Source: Batkoa obscura (taxonomy: Eukaryota). From it: DNA of 64,000 bases. The notes beneath the pieces were generated by a model. It was not told where the DNA came from. It did no database searches and worked only from the letters and a program-made list of their open reading frames with translations. The DNA lies in NCBI GenBank assembly GCA_030770535.1, contig JASVEC010000025.1:372001-436000 (forward strand), in the 5' to 3' direction. The position numbers were made by a program, and so were the translations under genes. Shown here in pieces: positions 62,747 to 64,000 of this stretch (positions within the stretch are counted from its first letter, which is position 1; the number at the start of each line of letters is the position of its first letter).

Positions 62747-64000
62747 TTCAAATGAATATTAATTATTATCAAAATAAAATTTATCGAATTTTAATTATTT
62801 TGGAATTTATTTATACTTTATTTATACTATTTTTCAAAAAAGTAATATTATTTATTTATAGAACTTTATTAATTTATTTGTTATCACATTTACCTTTTTA
62901 ATTATTTTATTATCGCATTTACTTTATTTAAATTAATTTTCTATTTTGATTAAATTATTTATTCTGCACGATTATATTGTTCTATTTCAATCTAATTCAA
63001 CTAATATATTTTCATACTTACCTGTTAAATATTTTTATTAAGTACTTTTTGTATTCAATTTCAATATATTTGTACCTTTTTTTTAATCAATTAGCCAATT
63101 AATCTTGAATATAAATAGAAACTGAAGTTTTGTATTTTGAATTTATAATAATTTGTTTCTTAAATAACACCAAAAATATAGCTATAGTGTACTGCCATAC
63201 AGTGTATAAACAGTGCTATATATCTATGGTATGAAAATAAAATATTTTGTTTTTAGCCTGGTGTTTATACTTAAAAGCATTAATTGGTCCATATTTTAAT
63301 ACATTTTTAATTAAGCTGTATATCTTGATGTATAATAGTATATATTTTTTAAGTAAGCTGATAGACATTTAATCAAATTAAAATATAAGTTTGATTGAAC
63401 TTATAAAAACAATTTATTGACAAGGATAGCTAAATAATCAAAAATCAGGATTTTCCCATTGACAATAGCGTGCTAGTTATTTAACATGAATATAACAATA
63501 TAAAACAAATATAAAACAAATATATTGAAATTGAATACAAAAAGTACTTAATAAAAATATTTAACAGGTAAGTATGAAAATATATTAGTTGAATTAGATT
63601 GAAATAGAACAATATAATCGTGCAGAATAAATAATTTAATCAAAATAGAAAATTAATTTAAATAAAGTAAATGCGATAATAAAATAATTAAAAAGGTAAA
63701 TGTGATAACAAATAAATTAATAAAGTTCTATAAATAAATAATATTACTTTTTTGAAAAATAGTATAAATAAAGTATAAATAAATTCCAAAATAATTAAAA
63801 TTCGATAAATTTTATTTTGATAATAATTAATATTCATTTGAAATGAAATACTTTAGTTTAATTGCCCTTGTTCTTGCTGTCTCTGCTGTCTCTGCTCGTA
63901 ATGATTACAATTATGAGGATAATAATGACCCATATCAACAACATAAACCATCAAAACCATGTAATGCTAAAACAGTAACTAAAGTTGTTTATAAAACAAA
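62589..64000. repeat. Long inverted repeat: arms 62589-63073 and 63516-64000 (continues beyond the window), 442-bp spacer
   Basis: Arms are reverse complements with no mismatch seen by eye. Confidence 0.95.
63843..64000 (+). CDS. Inverted duplicate of the 62258-62746 gene (partial)
   Basis: MKYFSLIALVLAVSAVSARNDYNYEDNNDPYQQHKPSKPCNAKTVTKVVYKT is identical. Confidence 0.9.
   Translation, partial: MKYFSLIALVLAVSAVSARNDYNYEDNNDPYQQHKPSKPCNAKTVTKVVYKT

Overview
This is very AT-rich eukaryotic nuclear DNA with short GT-AG introns. It most likely comes from an early-diverging fungus (Zoopagomycota/Entomophthoromycotina-like; inferred from gene content and composition, not proven). The window has three compartments. 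(1) About 1.2-17.7 kb is gene-poor and repeat-rich: solo LTRs, two MITE families, a TSD-flanked insertion, an 8-Cys secreted protein with a pseudogenised paralog, and a dead lipase. (2) About 17.7-47.6 kb is a compact housekeeping block: OXP1, SLA2, a small mitochondrial protein, a DUF4436-like membrane protein, MAK3, a CobW/ZNG1 GTPase, DFG10, a PIP kinase, a UPF0658-like protein, a UGT, an LRR-DH-PH GEF, a POP3-like protein and a Rho GTPase. (3) About 49.8-64 kb is a cluster of at least seven intronless secreted low-complexity (Tyr/Gly/Pro/Thr/Lys-rich) genes. These are interleaved with identical tRNA genes and MITEs, and the cluster ends in an apparently perfect head-to-head gene palindrome. 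The best leads are the secreted glue/matrix-like cluster, a membrane protein with Pro-loop (pLGIC)-like hallmarks, a membrane-anchored PIP5K, and a ~100-bp GGGG..CCCC MITE with 4-bp TSDs. No CRISPR or rRNA was seen. All assignments are by eye from motifs; no searches were run.
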